Shown: in pieces, positions 9,138 to 19,548 of the stretch
Layout of the letters: every line of letters begins with the position of its first letter
How positions within the stretch are numbered: position 1 is the first letter of the stretch
NCBI GenBank assembly: GCA_945904015.1
Contig: CAMDPK010000005.1
Coordinates: 1-64,000, forward strand
Length of the DNA stretch: 64,000 nucleotides
Reading direction: 5' to 3'
From: Candidatus Kuenenia stuttgartensis
GTDB taxonomy: Bacteria > Planctomycetota > Planctomycetia > Planctomycetales > Planctomycetaceae
Made by a program: the position numbers and the translations under genes
Notes under the pieces: model-generated
The model's database searches: none
The model's input: the letters and a program-made list of their open reading frames with translations, nothing else
Told to the model about the DNA's origin: nothing

Positions 9138-10535
9138 TTGAGGACCGTCCTTGTGCCAAGTTCTGTTCGATCATTGATCGCTACTTGCCTGACGACTTGG
9201 TCGGCAATTTGCCTGCCGGTTCGTCTGCCCGCGGAAGAACCAGCCCCGCATCGAGTGATCGGCGTGGCTGGCTGCACCGCCGCAAGCTGTCACGGCGGCA
9301 AGTCGTTGGTCGGTGGCGAAGCGGCCGCCTGGCTAACTCGCGACGTCGCGCATCGGCGGGCGTTCGACGTGCTCTTCAACGAGTCGTCGGTTCGCATGGC
9401 GATGCAACTCGGACTCAAAGCCGCCCACACTGAGGCTCGCTGTTTGGCGTGTCATTCGACGCAAGAGGCTCATCCCGGCGGCGTGAAGGGTGAGCGATTC
9501 GCGGTCGAGTTCGGCGTCGGCTGCGAAAGCTGCCACGGCGTGGCTGGGGCTTGGGTCGCTCGACACACCGAGCGAACTTGGCGATCTCTGTCGATGTCGC
9601 AGAAAGCCGACCTCGGCTTCCACGACTTGCGACCAGTCAACGCTCGCGCCGAGAAGTGCGCCGAGTGCCATGTTGGTTCGCCACGAGCGACCGTCGATCA
9701 CGATCTCATTGCGGCGGGTCATCCGCGATTGGCGTTCGAGCTGTCGGCGTATCACGCGCTGTTGCCGAAACATTGGGACGCCGCGGCCGAGTTGCAGCGT
9801 GATCCCGCACAAGAACTTCGTCTGTGGGCGATCGGAAACGCAGTTTCGGCCAAGGCTCTGTCGGATGTCGCCGTTGCTCGCGCTGAGGCCGCGACCAAGA
9901 GCGGCACGAAGCATGTCACGCCCGACTTGGCTGAGTTCGATTGTCACGCTTGCCATCACGATCTCACCGAACCGACACGCGGCCGGCCGACGCTGCGCGA
10001 TTCGCTCGGCTCACCACGCTGGGGATCGTGGTCGGTTCCTCCTGCGAGAGTTGCGGCCCGTGAATCGCATCAACTGTTTGGTCAAGACGGCGCTGCCGCC
10101 GAGTCATCGCTGGGGCACCTGGCCAAATTGATGCAGCAGTCTCGGCTCGGAATCGCTCCGGCCGACCAACTTTCTCTGGCCGCTCGGCAAGCGAGTGCCG
10201 ATTTGGCGAACTGGTCACGCTCGTTGGAATACTCGACGACAGAGCCGGAACGAATGAATCAACTGCTGCATCGCCTGATCGCCACCGAATCCGAATCGGA
10301 ATGGCTGCCCACATGGGACGGACAAGTTCAACGCTATCTCGGCATCGTCGCCACCAGTCGCGCGCTGCGAGTCACGAGCGGCCACGAACCGTTTTCATTC
10401 GCCACGAATGCAGACGTGCTGGCCAAATTGCGCCGCCAACTCGCTTATCCGGTCGGCTATGCGACGCCAAGCAGTTTCGATCCGTCGGCGGTCAATCACG
10501 CCATTCAAGAGCTGCGCCAGAATCTGGCTCGCTGA
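9138..10535 (+). CDS. secreted multiheme cytochrome c (at least 4 CxxCH plus one CX4CH)
   Basis: Signal peptide, then motifs CLACH, CESCH, CAECH, CHACH and CTAASCH read from the translation. Confidence 0.7.
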   Translation: MRTVLVPSSVRSLIATCLTTWSAICLPVRLPAEEPAPHRVIGVAGCTAASCHGGKSLVGGEAAAWLTRDVAHRRAFDVLFNESSVRMAMQLGLKAAHTEARCLACHSTQEAHPGGVKGERFAVEFGVGCESCHGVAGAWVARHTERTWRSLSMSQKADLGFHDLRPVNARAEKCAECHVGSPRATVDHDLIAAGHPRLAFELSAYHALLPKHWDAAAELQRDPAQELRLWAIGNAVSAKALSDVAVARAEAATKSGTKHVTPDLAEFDCHACHHDLTEPTRGRPTLRDSLGSPRWGSWSVPPARVAARESHQLFGQDGAAAESSLGHLAKLMQQSRLGIAPADQLSLAARQASADLANWSRSLEYSTTEPERMNQLLHRLIATESESEWLPTWDGQVQRYLGIVATSRALRVTSGHEPFSFATNADVLAKLRRQLAYPVGYATPSSFDPSAVNHAIQELRQNLAR

Positions 10536-10556
10536 ACGCAGTCACTCGCCTGTCTT

Positions 10557-10602
10557 GATCGTTCTGCCCCATCGTTCTGCCAACTCGATTTGGCAGAACG
10601 AT
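10557..10602. repeat. repeat family F6 (CATCGTTCTGCC x2 ... TTGGCAGAACGATG); likely bidirectional terminator hairpin
   Basis: Inverted repeat between convergent stops at 10535 and 10616. The same motif set recurs at 27346-27425. Confidence 0.5.
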
Positions 10603-10615
10603 GAGACGGGAAAGC

Positions 10616-11905
10616 TCAGGCGGACTGGAGTTCCTGTACGAGACTGCGATCGTCGAGGATGTGCATCGGTCGCCTGTTGTGGTCGAGAATCGTGATCGCC
10701 GGATCGATGCCGAGGTGGCGGTACAAATTGGCGAGCACGTTGCTGGGCGTGTACGGCTGGCCGAGGGACTGGCCTCCGTGCGAGTCGGTTTCGCCAATGA
10801 CTTGGCCCATTCGGAATCCGCCGCCAGCGATCACGGCCGCACTAGCTTCTGGCCAGTGATCGCGGCCATCGCCGCGCGAGATGCGTGGTGCTCGGCCAAA
10901 CTCACCCCACAGGACGACGGCGACGTCTTTGTCCAAACCACGCTCGTGCAGATCGGTGACGAGTGCTTGGAAACCCAGATCGAGTTGTGGCAACTGCTCG
11001 CGCATCTCGCTGAAATTCTTCTCGTGAGTGTCCCAGTCGCCGACCTTCAGCGTCACGACCGAGACGCCCGCTTCAACCAGCCGCCGAGCCATCAGAAAGT
11101 TCTCACAGTACTTGCCGTACCGAGCATGCGTTTCCGGCAACTCGCGTGAGACATCGAACGCCTCGCGGACTTGTGGGGACGTGATCATCTCCAGCGCTCG
11201 TTGCGTGTAGGTGTCGATCACCGACAATCCGCTGGTCGCATCGACGTCCCGGCTGAGCGTGTCGAACTCTCGGAGGATTTGGCGGCGATCGCGCAGACGC
11301 TCCAGCGAAATCCCCTTCGCGAGACTCAGATTCGCGAGGCCGTCCGCTTTCGGGACGAATGGCCGATGCGCGGGGCCGAGATACGTCGGGCCTTCGTTGT
11401 CGTACAACCCCGGCGGCTTGTACATCAGGCTGACGTACGGCGGCATGCCACCAGAATGCGGACGTTGATGACTCACGACGGAACCAAGCACGGGACGCTT
11501 TCCTCGCTCGCCAAACCCGGTCAGGATGAAATGCGGCGTGTGGTCGCCGAGGTCGATCGACTTGATCCCGCGCACGATCGCGAGCTTGTCCAGCATCTGA
11601 GCGACCTTCGGCAGGTACTCGCAAATCTGCACGCCGGGCAGGTTCGTGGCGATCGGCTGGAACTCTCCGCGAATTTCGGCAGGAGCGTTCGGCTTCATGT
11701 CCAAGCTGTCGATGTGCGACATCGCGCCGCGCAGCCAAATCATGATGACCGATTTGGGACGTCCCGCGTCCGAACCTGCGATCGCCCGACTCCGCAACAC
11801 ATCCGCCAGCGTCAGGCCACCGAATGCCAAGCCGCCGACTCGTAACATTTCGCGGCGAGTGATTCCGTCACAGAGCTTTGTGCCTCGGCCATGAATACTC
11901 AGCAT
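10616..11905 (-). CDS. DUF1501 domain protein (sulfatase-like fold, Tat-type signal)
   Basis: N-terminus TRREMLRVGGLAFGGLTLADVL is a twin-arginine-like signal. Overall conservation pattern matches the DUF1501 family common in Planctomycetes. ATG chosen at 11905 (MLSIHG); the ORF runs to 11992. Confidence 0.7.
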   Translation of the reverse strand: MLSIHGRGTKLCDGITRREMLRVGGLAFGGLTLADVLRSRAIAGSDAGRPKSVIMIWLRGAMSHIDSLDMKPNAPAEIRGEFQPIATNLPGVQICEYLPKVAQMLDKLAIVRGIKSIDLGDHTPHFILTGFGERGKRPVLGSVVSHQRPHSGGMPPYVSLMYKPPGLYDNEGPTYLGPAHRPFVPKADGLANLSLAKGISLERLRDRRQILREFDTLSRDVDATSGLSVIDTYTQRALEMITSPQVREAFDVSRELPETHARYGKYCENFLMARRLVEAGVSVVTLKVGDWDTHEKNFSEMREQLPQLDLGFQALVTDLHERGLDKDVAVVLWGEFGRAPRISRGDGRDHWPEASAAVIAGGGFRMGQVIGETDSHGGQSLGQPYTPSNVLANLYRHLGIDPAITILDHNRRPMHILDDRSLVQELQSA

Positions 11906-12103
11906 CGCAAGTTCCTCGCTTTGAGAAGCTGTCCGAAAATCGACGGCAACGGGGTCGGGAAGATGATCTCGCAATCGGACCTGTCGGAGCAAGCCAAATC
12001 ACGAAATCGGGAGCCTCCCGCCGGACGGAATCGCTCGATATGGTGTTGATCGTCAAAGGCAAAACAGTTTGTGGAGAACGCAAACCTTTCGTTGGAGCAT
12101 TCC

Positions 12104-12652
12104 ATGCAAAGCAAAGCCACCACCGTCGAACAATACCTTGCGGAATTGCCCGAGGATCGTCGCGCGACCATTGCCGCCGTGCGGAAGGTGATCCTCAAGA
12201 ATCTCGACAAGGATTTCGAGGAAGGAATGCAGTACGGCGGCATCGGCTACTTCGTGCCGCACCGTGTATTCCCGGCCGGCTATCACTGCGATCCGACGAA
12301 GCCATTGTGTTTCGCGGGACTCGGGTCGCAGAAGAATTACATATCGCTGGGCCTGATGTGCGTCTACGGTTCGGAGAGCCATGCGAAATGGTTCCGAACC
12401 GCATGGGCAAAAACCGGGAAGAAGCTCGACATGGGCAAGTGTTGCATTCGATTCAAAAAGCTGGATGACGTGCCGCTCGAAGTCATCGGCGAGGCCATCC
12501 GTCGCGTGTCGGCCAAGAAGTACATTGAGATCTACGAGTCGTTGCTCAGGGACTCACGCAAGCGGTCGACCACGAAAACGGCCAAAGCTCGACGAACAGC
12601 AAAGCCCGCTGCCACGACAAAAGCTCCGCCTGCGAAGCGAGCCAAGAAATAG
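12104..12652 (+). CDS. DUF1801 (YdhG-like) domain protein
   Basis: MQSKATTVEQYLAELPEDRRATIAAVRKVILKNL resembles the DUF1801/YdhG family. Lys/Ala-rich basic C-terminal tail. Confidence 0.55.
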   Translation: MQSKATTVEQYLAELPEDRRATIAAVRKVILKNLDKDFEEGMQYGGIGYFVPHRVFPAGYHCDPTKPLCFAGLGSQKNYISLGLMCVYGSESHAKWFRTAWAKTGKKLDMGKCCIRFKKLDDVPLEVIGEAIRRVSAKKYIEIYESLLRDSRKRSTTKTAKARRTAKPAATTKAPPAKRAKK

Positions 12653-12674
12653 GACGGACAACCCTGTCCGTCCT
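12651..12674. terminator. stem-loop between convergent genes (AGGACGGACA-accc-TGTCCGTCCT)
   Basis: Perfect 10-bp stem immediately after the stop of the DUF1801 gene. A second weaker hairpin follows. No T-tract. Confidence 0.4.
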
Positions 12675-12730
12675 CAATGAGCAACGGACAGGACTGTCTG
12701 TCCCACCAACGAACCGCTGTCCGCGAACGA

Positions 12731-13018
12731 CTAGGCGTGCGTGCCTTGTTCGCTTTTGACCCGAGTCAACTCCGCTTGCAGCATCCGGTCTTTGAAGCCG
12801 GACGCGAAGACTCCGATCGCCACGACACCGTGAATTGCAACGCCCAACCCCCAACCCAGAAAGGGATACAAGCTCCAAGCCTTGTTGGGTGAAGATAGGT
12901 AATTGATCGCGAAGAGGACCAGCATGACGAGCACGAAGACCGAGGCGTGAATGTAAAACCCGATCTTGGAATTCGTCCGCGCGCGAGCCATGTCGAGAAG
13001 TTCTGTTTCTGTCATCAT
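12731..13018 (-). CDS. 2TM domain-containing small membrane protein
   Basis: 95 aa with two hydrophobic helices (FYIHASVFVLVMLVLFAINYL, LGWGLGVAIHGVVAIGVFASGF). The pattern resembles the 2TM family. Confidence 0.45.
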   Translation of the reverse strand: MMTETELLDMARARTNSKIGFYIHASVFVLVMLVLFAINYLSSPNKAWSLYPFLGWGLGVAIHGVVAIGVFASGFKDRMLQAELTRVKSEQGTHA

Positions 13019-13108
13019 TCCTCCTTGTGGAACCGTGTGAGTGCCTGAGTGGCTAAGTTTTCGATTTCAGTGGGACGGGCAACAGTACCCATCCTCCATT
13101 TCACTGCG

Positions 13109-16100
13109 TTACCTCCGGACCGTACTTGACGGCTTGGAAGTCCGATAGCCGGATCGGAAGAAGTCCGGTTGATTGTCGACCTTCCACGACTTGCCGTTGT
13201 GCAGGAAGAGCCGGCGTTGTTCTTCGAGATTGAACGGTCTGGCTCCGATGCGGCCGAAGACGCTGAGTTGATTGCCGGATTCGTCAACCGCTCGATCGCG
13301 GTCGACGCCCTCGGAAACGCACAGGGCGTGACCATCCTTCGGGAGCTTCTTCGTTGCGATCAGGGACGGAGCCGGACGTGTGGCGAAGCCCATGTTACCG
13401 GGGGTTTCGGGGCTGGTGAGTTGCACGACCCGCAGGCCGTTGTGGCCGTCGGCGAGGTACGCGAACTGGCTGTTGTAGGCGATGCCGAGCTTCACATCGT
13501 TCAGATCGTTGATGCAGCCGTCGGCGTTGAAGATTTGATCGACCTTCGGTTCGAGCGGGTTCTTGACATCGACGATGATCAGCCCATCGTGGCCGCCGGA
13601 AACGTAGGCGTATGTGCGAGCGACGTAGACGTTGCGAGCTTCGTGCAGCGGCAATGAGGCTCGCGGTTCGGGGGACGCGAGGTTGGTCACGTCGAGAATC
13701 TTCAAGCCCTCGCAGTCGGTGACGAAGGCATAACGAAACTGGACTTGGACGGCGTTCGGCTGGTTGAGGAACGGTGCTCCGATGACCGTCTCGATGCGCG
13801 GGTTCGTCGGATCGCGCAGATCGACGACAACCAGGCCGATGTCGGCACAAATGTAGGCGAAGGTGCCGACAATCGTGATGGCACGCGCGCCGCACAGGAT
13901 GCCATTCGGATTGAACGTGACGGCACGTTCCAAGAAGTTGTTGGTTGGATCGCCGTCGAGCAGCGTGCCGGCTCCGACAAGAATCAGTCCCTCTTGGCGG
14001 TCGGCGACGTAGAGGTAGGCGTAGATGCCGTGAACCGCTTGCTCTTCGTTTTCGGGGTCTTGTTTGCGAGTCGGATCGGGCGCGGTCGTGGCGGGTGCGG
14101 CGACGGCGGCGGCGTCTTTCGTCGGGACGTAGAATTTCTGACCGATCGGCGAGACCGGAGCAGTGACGATCCGCTCGGAGAATCCTTTGTGGTCGATGAA
14201 GGCGACATCGAACACACGCAAGCCAGCTTCACCGCAGGCCGCGTAGACGTACTCGCCGCGCAGTTGCAGGCTTTGGATGTTCGGCTTGCGAAGCGGATGC
14301 CGCACTCGGTCGCTGACGTCTCGGCCGGAGTGCTCGTGAGAGTGTTCGAGTTCGCCGCCGTGTTCGACGTGCTCGTGGTAGTTGTCGGGATACGCGAGTT
14401 TGTGCAGGCTGCTGCCGATGACAGTTTGCGGTTCGTCACGTTCGGTGACGACGACCGCTTCCATGCCGTGTTCTCCGGCACCGACCCAGCAATAGCGGCC
14501 CATCCAGTTCATGTAGTTGGTCCCCTGCATCAGCAACTGAGCCATGATGGCGTTGTTGTCCTCGGCAGCGGAGAGGTGGCAGTCGGCACATTGCTTGGTC
14601 CCGTCGCGTCCACGGACGGTGTGCGGCACGTTCGTCGAGAAGGCGACGCCGCTCATGCCGTCGGCGGAGATCGTCTGCTGCTGGACGTAAACCGATTCTC
14701 GGTTCTGGTTGTAGCTGCCGACATGGATCGCGCAAGCTGAGCGAGCCGGACTGACGCGATTGCCGGAAACGGTTCCGTCTTTGGCCAGCATGTAGATGTC
14801 GTCGCGCAGCGTCTGGAAGTTGTACGAGGTGTAGTTGCGGCTGACGTCTCCTTCGTTGTGCAGCGAAGGCATCTTCACGTTCGCTCGCTGGGGCAGGTGG
14901 CAGCCGTAACAGCTCGTGTTCCAGGACGAGTGGCAACTCGCGCAGCTCATCTTCTTGTTGTCGTGCGCGCATTTCGACGAGTCTTTCGGGCGTGTTCCCC
15001 AGGCGATCTCGTCCCCGTCGAAGCGGACGGTCTTGGCGAGATGGGACTTCGCGTTGTACCGCGGATGGCCGGGCGTGATGGTGTCGACAACCTGCGGGAC
15101 TTCCCACTGACGTGGCTGGTCGACGTCCTTCGTGACCATCGCGGTTTGGATGATCTTGTTGCCGACTCGGCGGAAGCGTGGCTTGCCAGACGGCGTGGAA
15201 AGCAGTTCGAGATTCGTGCCCCCTTCCGGTGCGGCGGGACCGGACGTGCGCAGCGAGGCGCGTCGATACGCATCGCCGTGGCAGTCTTCGCAGGCGATCT
15301 CGATGGCGGCGCGGACCTCGCCGTACAGCTTCGTGTTGCCGTGGTTGTCCTGTTTGAAATGACAATCGACGCAGTGCATCCCGCGTTCCAGGTGGATGTC
15401 CATGAAATGCACCGGCATGCCGTCCTTCTGCGGCCGGCAGTCAGGATGCAGCATCGCGTAGTTCAGCTTCGCAGTGGATTCGTCCTCGATGACTTTCTCT
15501 TTGTGATCGAGCAATCGTCCCTCACGGTCCTTTTTGAAGACGGCTCGAAAAACCCAACCGTGACCGTGGAAGTCGGCAAACTGCGTGTGCTTCAACTGCG
15601 GATTGAGGTCGGCCGTTTGATCGAGAAACGTCGGATCGGACCAGTTGCCGCGCAGCGAAGTTTCTTCCGGGTTGTTCATCGCGGCGCGGACGAACTCTTC
15701 GGCGGTCGGATTCTTTTGCTGCGGTGGGTACATGAACTCGCCGTCGGTCTCGTTGTCCCACCACATGAAGCCGAGGTAGCTGTTCATCACGGTCGTGCCG
15801 GGGTGCATGTGGCAGACGATGCACTGGCTACTCGGAATCGCGGTCGTGAACTCGTGCTTGATCGGATGGCCGGACTCGTTCTTTGGGATGGTCGGATCGG
15901 GATTGAGCGACAGTCCGCGATGGCCGGCTTCGGCGTGCGGTCCCGAATGGACGTGCGAACGATCGTTGGCATAGATGACGTGACACGCGGTGCAGCCGCT
16001 CGACCGATAATCGCCGGCGTGATCGTTCGTGCCGAGGAAATTCAGCGTCGGATCGAGCAGCCGCGTCTTCTGCAAGCCGATGAAGACGGGATCAGTGCGG

Positions 16101-17008
16101 TTCTCAGTGCCGAGTCCGCGATTGCTCAGCCGGCTGCGCGGGCGGCCCGGTTCTTCTTCACGTTCGGGGATGCCGATCTCGCCACGAAATCGCCCGCCCC
16201 GTTCAAAAATGCGGAGCACGTTGCCGGGCTGAGTCGTCTCAAAGCGCGGCAGCGGATCGAGAAACGGCACGACCCCTTTGTATTTCATCTCCCACTCAGT
16301 CGGAGCTGGCACGGTTTGCATTCGCTGCGGCGCGCCGTTCATCGAATAGCTCTCGCCGTAGCGCGATCGCTTCTTCGGCACCGCGCCGTTGTTGTACAGA
16401 GCCGCGCCCCACAGCATGCAGCCGTGAGTCATCATGCTCTTTTTCACTTCGAGCGTTTCTTTCGGATGACAGCCGGCCGTGCCGCACGACAAGTGCGCGA
16501 TCCGCAAGTCACCGGGATTCACGAAGCGGACGAAGTCCGGGCATTCGTGATTGAGCACCGTGTAGGACCGCGCGGGATTGGCTGATGTCGCCCACACGTC
16601 CGGGAATCTCGGCTGGACGTGAGCCTGCCACTTGTTGTTCGTGGTCGCATCCCCGCCGTGGCAGTCGACACAGCCGAGATGAGTTGTCCCTGGCTTGTGC
16701 ATGTCGCCGGTGTTCTTGTGGCATTGGATGCAGCCCCAACTCTTGACGTAAGCCTCGTCGGTCGTTTGCCGCATCAAACTGAACTCATCGAGTCGCAGCG
16801 GTTCGCGCGCTCCGCCGTGAACGCGCGGCTTGAGCGGCTCATCGGGCGCGGGCGGAATCAACTCTTGTTGCCGCATGCCTGCCGGCTGCACGGCAGAGTC
16901 TCGCCGCTTGAGCTTTTGAATTGCGGCCTTGAGCGTCGGCTCGCCGGCAAATGAGCTTCCGCCACCAAGCAGCAGCATCGCGAACAGAATGGAAAAGATA
17001 AGTCGCAT
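13109..17008 (-). CDS. secreted decaheme-type cytochrome c fused to a C-terminal LVIVD-repeat beta-propeller
   Basis: 1299 aa with a signal peptide. Nine CxxCH motifs (CIQCH, CVDCH, CTACH, CIVCH, CVDCH, CEDCH, CASCH, CYGCH, CADCH) plus CGTAGCH. The C-terminal ~400 aa carry repeated GL(R/I/V)(V/I)(F/V)DV..P..P blocks ([59 protein letters not shown]), which is the LVIVD repeat signature. Confidence 0.7.
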   Translation of the reverse strand: MRLIFSILFAMLLLGGGSSFAGEPTLKAAIQKLKRRDSAVQPAGMRQQELIPPAPDEPLKPRVHGGAREPLRLDEFSLMRQTTDEAYVKSWGCIQCHKNTGDMHKPGTTHLGCVDCHGGDATTNNKWQAHVQPRFPDVWATSANPARSYTVLNHECPDFVRFVNPGDLRIAHLSCGTAGCHPKETLEVKKSMMTHGCMLWGAALYNNGAVPKKRSRYGESYSMNGAPQRMQTVPAPTEWEMKYKGVVPFLDPLPRFETTQPGNVLRIFERGGRFRGEIGIPEREEEPGRPRSRLSNRGLGTENRTDPVFIGLQKTRLLDPTLNFLGTNDHAGDYRSSGCTACHVIYANDRSHVHSGPHAEAGHRGLSLNPDPTIPKNESGHPIKHEFTTAIPSSQCIVCHMHPGTTVMNSYLGFMWWDNETDGEFMYPPQQKNPTAEEFVRAAMNNPEETSLRGNWSDPTFLDQTADLNPQLKHTQFADFHGHGWVFRAVFKKDREGRLLDHKEKVIEDESTAKLNYAMLHPDCRPQKDGMPVHFMDIHLERGMHCVDCHFKQDNHGNTKLYGEVRAAIEIACEDCHGDAYRRASLRTSGPAAPEGGTNLELLSTPSGKPRFRRVGNKIIQTAMVTKDVDQPRQWEVPQVVDTITPGHPRYNAKSHLAKTVRFDGDEIAWGTRPKDSSKCAHDNKKMSCASCHSSWNTSCYGCHLPQRANVKMPSLHNEGDVSRNYTSYNFQTLRDDIYMLAKDGTVSGNRVSPARSACAIHVGSYNQNRESVYVQQQTISADGMSGVAFSTNVPHTVRGRDGTKQCADCHLSAAEDNNAIMAQLLMQGTNYMNWMGRYCWVGAGEHGMEAVVVTERDEPQTVIGSSLHKLAYPDNYHEHVEHGGELEHSHEHSGRDVSDRVRHPLRKPNIQSLQLRGEYVYAACGEAGLRVFDVAFIDHKGFSERIVTAPVSPIGQKFYVPTKDAAAVAAPATTAPDPTRKQDPENEEQAVHGIYAYLYVADRQEGLILVGAGTLLDGDPTNNFLERAVTFNPNGILCGARAITIVGTFAYICADIGLVVVDLRDPTNPRIETVIGAPFLNQPNAVQVQFRYAFVTDCEGLKILDVTNLASPEPRASLPLHEARNVYVARTYAYVSGGHDGLIIVDVKNPLEPKVDQIFNADGCINDLNDVKLGIAYNSQFAYLADGHNGLRVVQLTSPETPGNMGFATRPAPSLIATKKLPKDGHALCVSEGVDRDRAVDESGNQLSVFGRIGARPFNLEEQRRLFLHNGKSWKVDNQPDFFRSGYRTSKPSSTVRR

Positions 17009-17032
17009 GGCAGAGACGTCCTTGTCTCAACA

Positions 17033-17145
17033 GTAGCCCTGTCGCTCCGCGACAGGAGAGCCGAACGTCTCTCGACGCCGGCGATGTTGTGTTGTTTGAG
17101 AGTCGCTGAATCCTCGGCTTTCCTGTCGCGGAGCGACAGGGCTAC
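17033..17145. repeat. REPIN (inverted REP doublet, family F1: GTAGCCCTGTCGCTCCGCGACAGG ... CCTGTCGCGGAGCGACAGGGCTAC)
   Basis: Two 24-nt REP hairpins in inverted orientation, ~65 nt apart. They fill the gap between the stop of the 17145-19385 gene and the start of the cytochrome gene. Two more copies flank the RAYT at 22846-22971 and 23725-23850. Confidence 0.8.
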
Positions 17146-19262
17146 TAATACGTGAGGTCGATTTGCAGGAAGCTGGCGAAGAATCCGTTTTGGCTACCGT
17201 TGTTGCGATTGAAGAGGTCGTTGAAGCCGCGATCCGGAATCAGTCCGGAGACGCCGCCGATGATGATCACGTTGTTGTTCAGGAACGGACGGTACTCGAC
17301 TCCGGTGCTCAGATCGGTGCCGATCTGCCTGCGGACTTTCTCTTGGAAGACGTACTGCTCCAGCACGTTGGTCTGATCGAACCACAGAAAATTGCAGTTG
17401 TTGACGAATCGCAGTTTCGGAGTGACGTCGAAGTCCACTCCGAAATTCAGCAGAAATAAACCGGGGTTCACGAAGTTTGATTGGCCTTGGAATTTGCTCG
17501 ACCGCAGGTCAGGCACGAGGCTCATGCGATTGACGAGGTTCACGCCGAACAGCCCGATGGTTTGCCGCTGCCAATAACTGAAGCCGCCGCCAGCGAAGTT
17601 GGGGTTGTCGAGAATCGTGTCAAAGCCGGTGGCTCTGTCGTCGTTGATGTCCTTGTCGCCGCTGGCCCAGAAGAATGAACTGCGGAAGCGCACCCAATCG
17701 CGATCGTACGACAACTCCAGCGCGGCCATCTGAGCGTCAATGTCCTGTGCCTTGCCCGCCAGCGGGTTGAGCGTGTCGTGACCGAGCACCCAATAAAACG
17801 CATGGCTGACATTGACCCGATTGATGTGCCCGTCCCCCGCCCAGCCCAGGTAATACGCATCGACCTTGTGCTCTTGAAATACACCGACCGGATCGGGGCG
17901 GACGAGAAAATCGTTTTTGTCAAACTCGGTGCTCGGCCCGTCGTGGTTCCAGTGAAAACTGGTCTGAGCCGTGTAGCCGGGAAACAGAAAATCCTGGCGG
18001 TAATAGTTGGCAATCAGCGTGTTCTGACGCCGGTCGTCGAACGTGTTGAGCAAGCTGTTGGTCTGCTTCTCGGTCTGATCGAAAAAGACGACGTTGTATT
18101 GGTCGCGATTGGCGTTGTTGTTGCCGAACAGTCGCACCCCGCGGTTGATGTCGCTGAAGATGAAGCCGCGAAAGTCGCTGACGAACTGCTGCGAACCGGC
18201 TCGCACCGAAACGAAATCGTAGTACGGGCTGGTGTCGGCCAGCTTGGTTTCGAAGAACCACTCTTCGAGTGCCCCGTCCGTTCGAAACCGCGTCTTGCCG
18301 TGATTGACGTTTGGGTTGACGATGCCCAACTCCCGCACGTCGAGGTAATTCAAGTTGAGGACCGGCGTCACTTTGATGCGCCAGTCCGCCGGCTTGAACG
18401 CTCCGTCGCCGTGAACGAGATCGAACGACAGGGAGAGGTTTTGCGAGACGAAGAATTGATTCGGGTTGCCGAAGAATTCCGTTTGCCCCGCTCCGCCAGT
18501 GCTCTCGAAAGGAGTCGTCGGCGTCGGCACTTGCCGAGCTTCGAGGATCGTCAAGTTCGTCGCGGTGAGGTTCAGAAACGTGTGCTGACCGAAGATCGGA
18601 AAATCACCCTTCAGCACGTTTTGGTTGTACGGATCGAGAATATTGCCCTGCATGTACGGGTAATCGTCTTCCGGCGGATAGCCCTTGCCGTAGCGATCCC
18701 ATTCGGGGAATCCGGATCGCCAGCGATCCTCCATCGGGACGAAATGGCTGCTCTCTTGGCCCTCGCTGGGGAGCACTCCGCTGCGGCCAGTGAAACCGAG
18801 CGGTGCATCCATCGGATAGGCGAAGAGCGTGCCCGGTTCGAGCGGCAATTCCGGCAGCAACAACGGATCGGACTCTGGAAACGTCGGCTCGAACGGCCGT
18901 CGTAGAACCGGTGGGCGAACGTCGTCACCAGCGGTGGGCAACGGTAGTTCTTTGAAAACGTCCTCTTCCTCGTCGGCAGTCACTTCCAATTCTTCCTCGG
19001 TCGCGATGGCCCACTCGACGAACGGGGGCTCCTCATCGGACTCGACGCCCGTGAGTAAATCCGCTCTTGGACTGAGGGGCGGAGTCGCCGCAAAAACCGC
19101 CTGCCAAGTGAGCAGCGTGAAGCAGGCAAAGGCCGCCAACATCAACATCCAGCGACGCGGGACGCTGAGTTCGGCGCGCACACGAACGGCTCGACGTCGC
19201 GCGTCGATTCGTAGCAACGGCAATCCGGACGTCTCCGAATGTCGCGGCACTGTGCGCCTCAT
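17145..19262 (-). CDS. putative outer-membrane beta-barrel protein (large, ~26-strand size class)
   Basis: ORF 17145-19385. Candidate signal peptide MLMLAAFACFTLLTWQAVFA (start 19148) or upstream MRRT (19262). Acidic N-terminal region. Alternating amphipathic beta-strand-like pattern with Asn/Asp/Gly turns. Terminal ...FLQIDLTY ends in an aromatic residue as in OMP barrels. This is an inference with no family match. Confidence 0.4.
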   Translation of the reverse strand: MRRTVPRHSETSGLPLLRIDARRRAVRVRAELSVPRRWMLMLAAFACFTLLTWQAVFAATPPLSPRADLLTGVESDEEPPFVEWAIATEEELEVTADEEEDVFKELPLPTAGDDVRPPVLRRPFEPTFPESDPLLLPELPLEPGTLFAYPMDAPLGFTGRSGVLPSEGQESSHFVPMEDRWRSGFPEWDRYGKGYPPEDDYPYMQGNILDPYNQNVLKGDFPIFGQHTFLNLTATNLTILEARQVPTPTTPFESTGGAGQTEFFGNPNQFFVSQNLSLSFDLVHGDGAFKPADWRIKVTPVLNLNYLDVRELGIVNPNVNHGKTRFRTDGALEEWFFETKLADTSPYYDFVSVRAGSQQFVSDFRGFIFSDINRGVRLFGNNNANRDQYNVVFFDQTEKQTNSLLNTFDDRRQNTLIANYYRQDFLFPGYTAQTSFHWNHDGPSTEFDKNDFLVRPDPVGVFQEHKVDAYYLGWAGDGHINRVNVSHAFYWVLGHDTLNPLAGKAQDIDAQMAALELSYDRDWVRFRSSFFWASGDKDINDDRATGFDTILDNPNFAGGGFSYWQRQTIGLFGVNLVNRMSLVPDLRSSKFQGQSNFVNPGLFLLNFGVDFDVTPKLRFVNNCNFLWFDQTNVLEQYVFQEKVRRQIGTDLSTGVEYRPFLNNNVIIIGGVSGLIPDRGFNDLFNRNNGSQNGFFASFLQIDLTY

Positions 19263-19548
19263 CCTTGAAGACACGTCGCCGCGCCAGCTTCGCGCGACCC
19301 GCATCCCTGCGTGAAAACACTCCGGCCGCGCTCTACCGATGAGCCACGGCTTTTCCGCTTTCATCGGTTCTGCCGACGGAAGCAAATCAATCCGTTGAGC
19401 ACGGTTCTAACGCCCGATGAAGGAAAGGCCCGATCTCGTGCGGATCGTGGAATGCACAAAAGTCGGGTGGCTTCGGGGGTCCGGGGCGAATAGTTTGTGC
19501 GAGCAACTGCCAATCCGAGAAATCTTCGGGCCACAGGGATTTTCGCTC

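Noticed and set aside
10589-10602. Sigma-54 promoter at TTGGCAGAACGATG (also 27351-27364)
   Set aside because: A TGGCA is present, but the spacing to any TTGC-like -12 element does not fit the GG-N10-GC rule. It is better explained as an arm of an inverted repeat.
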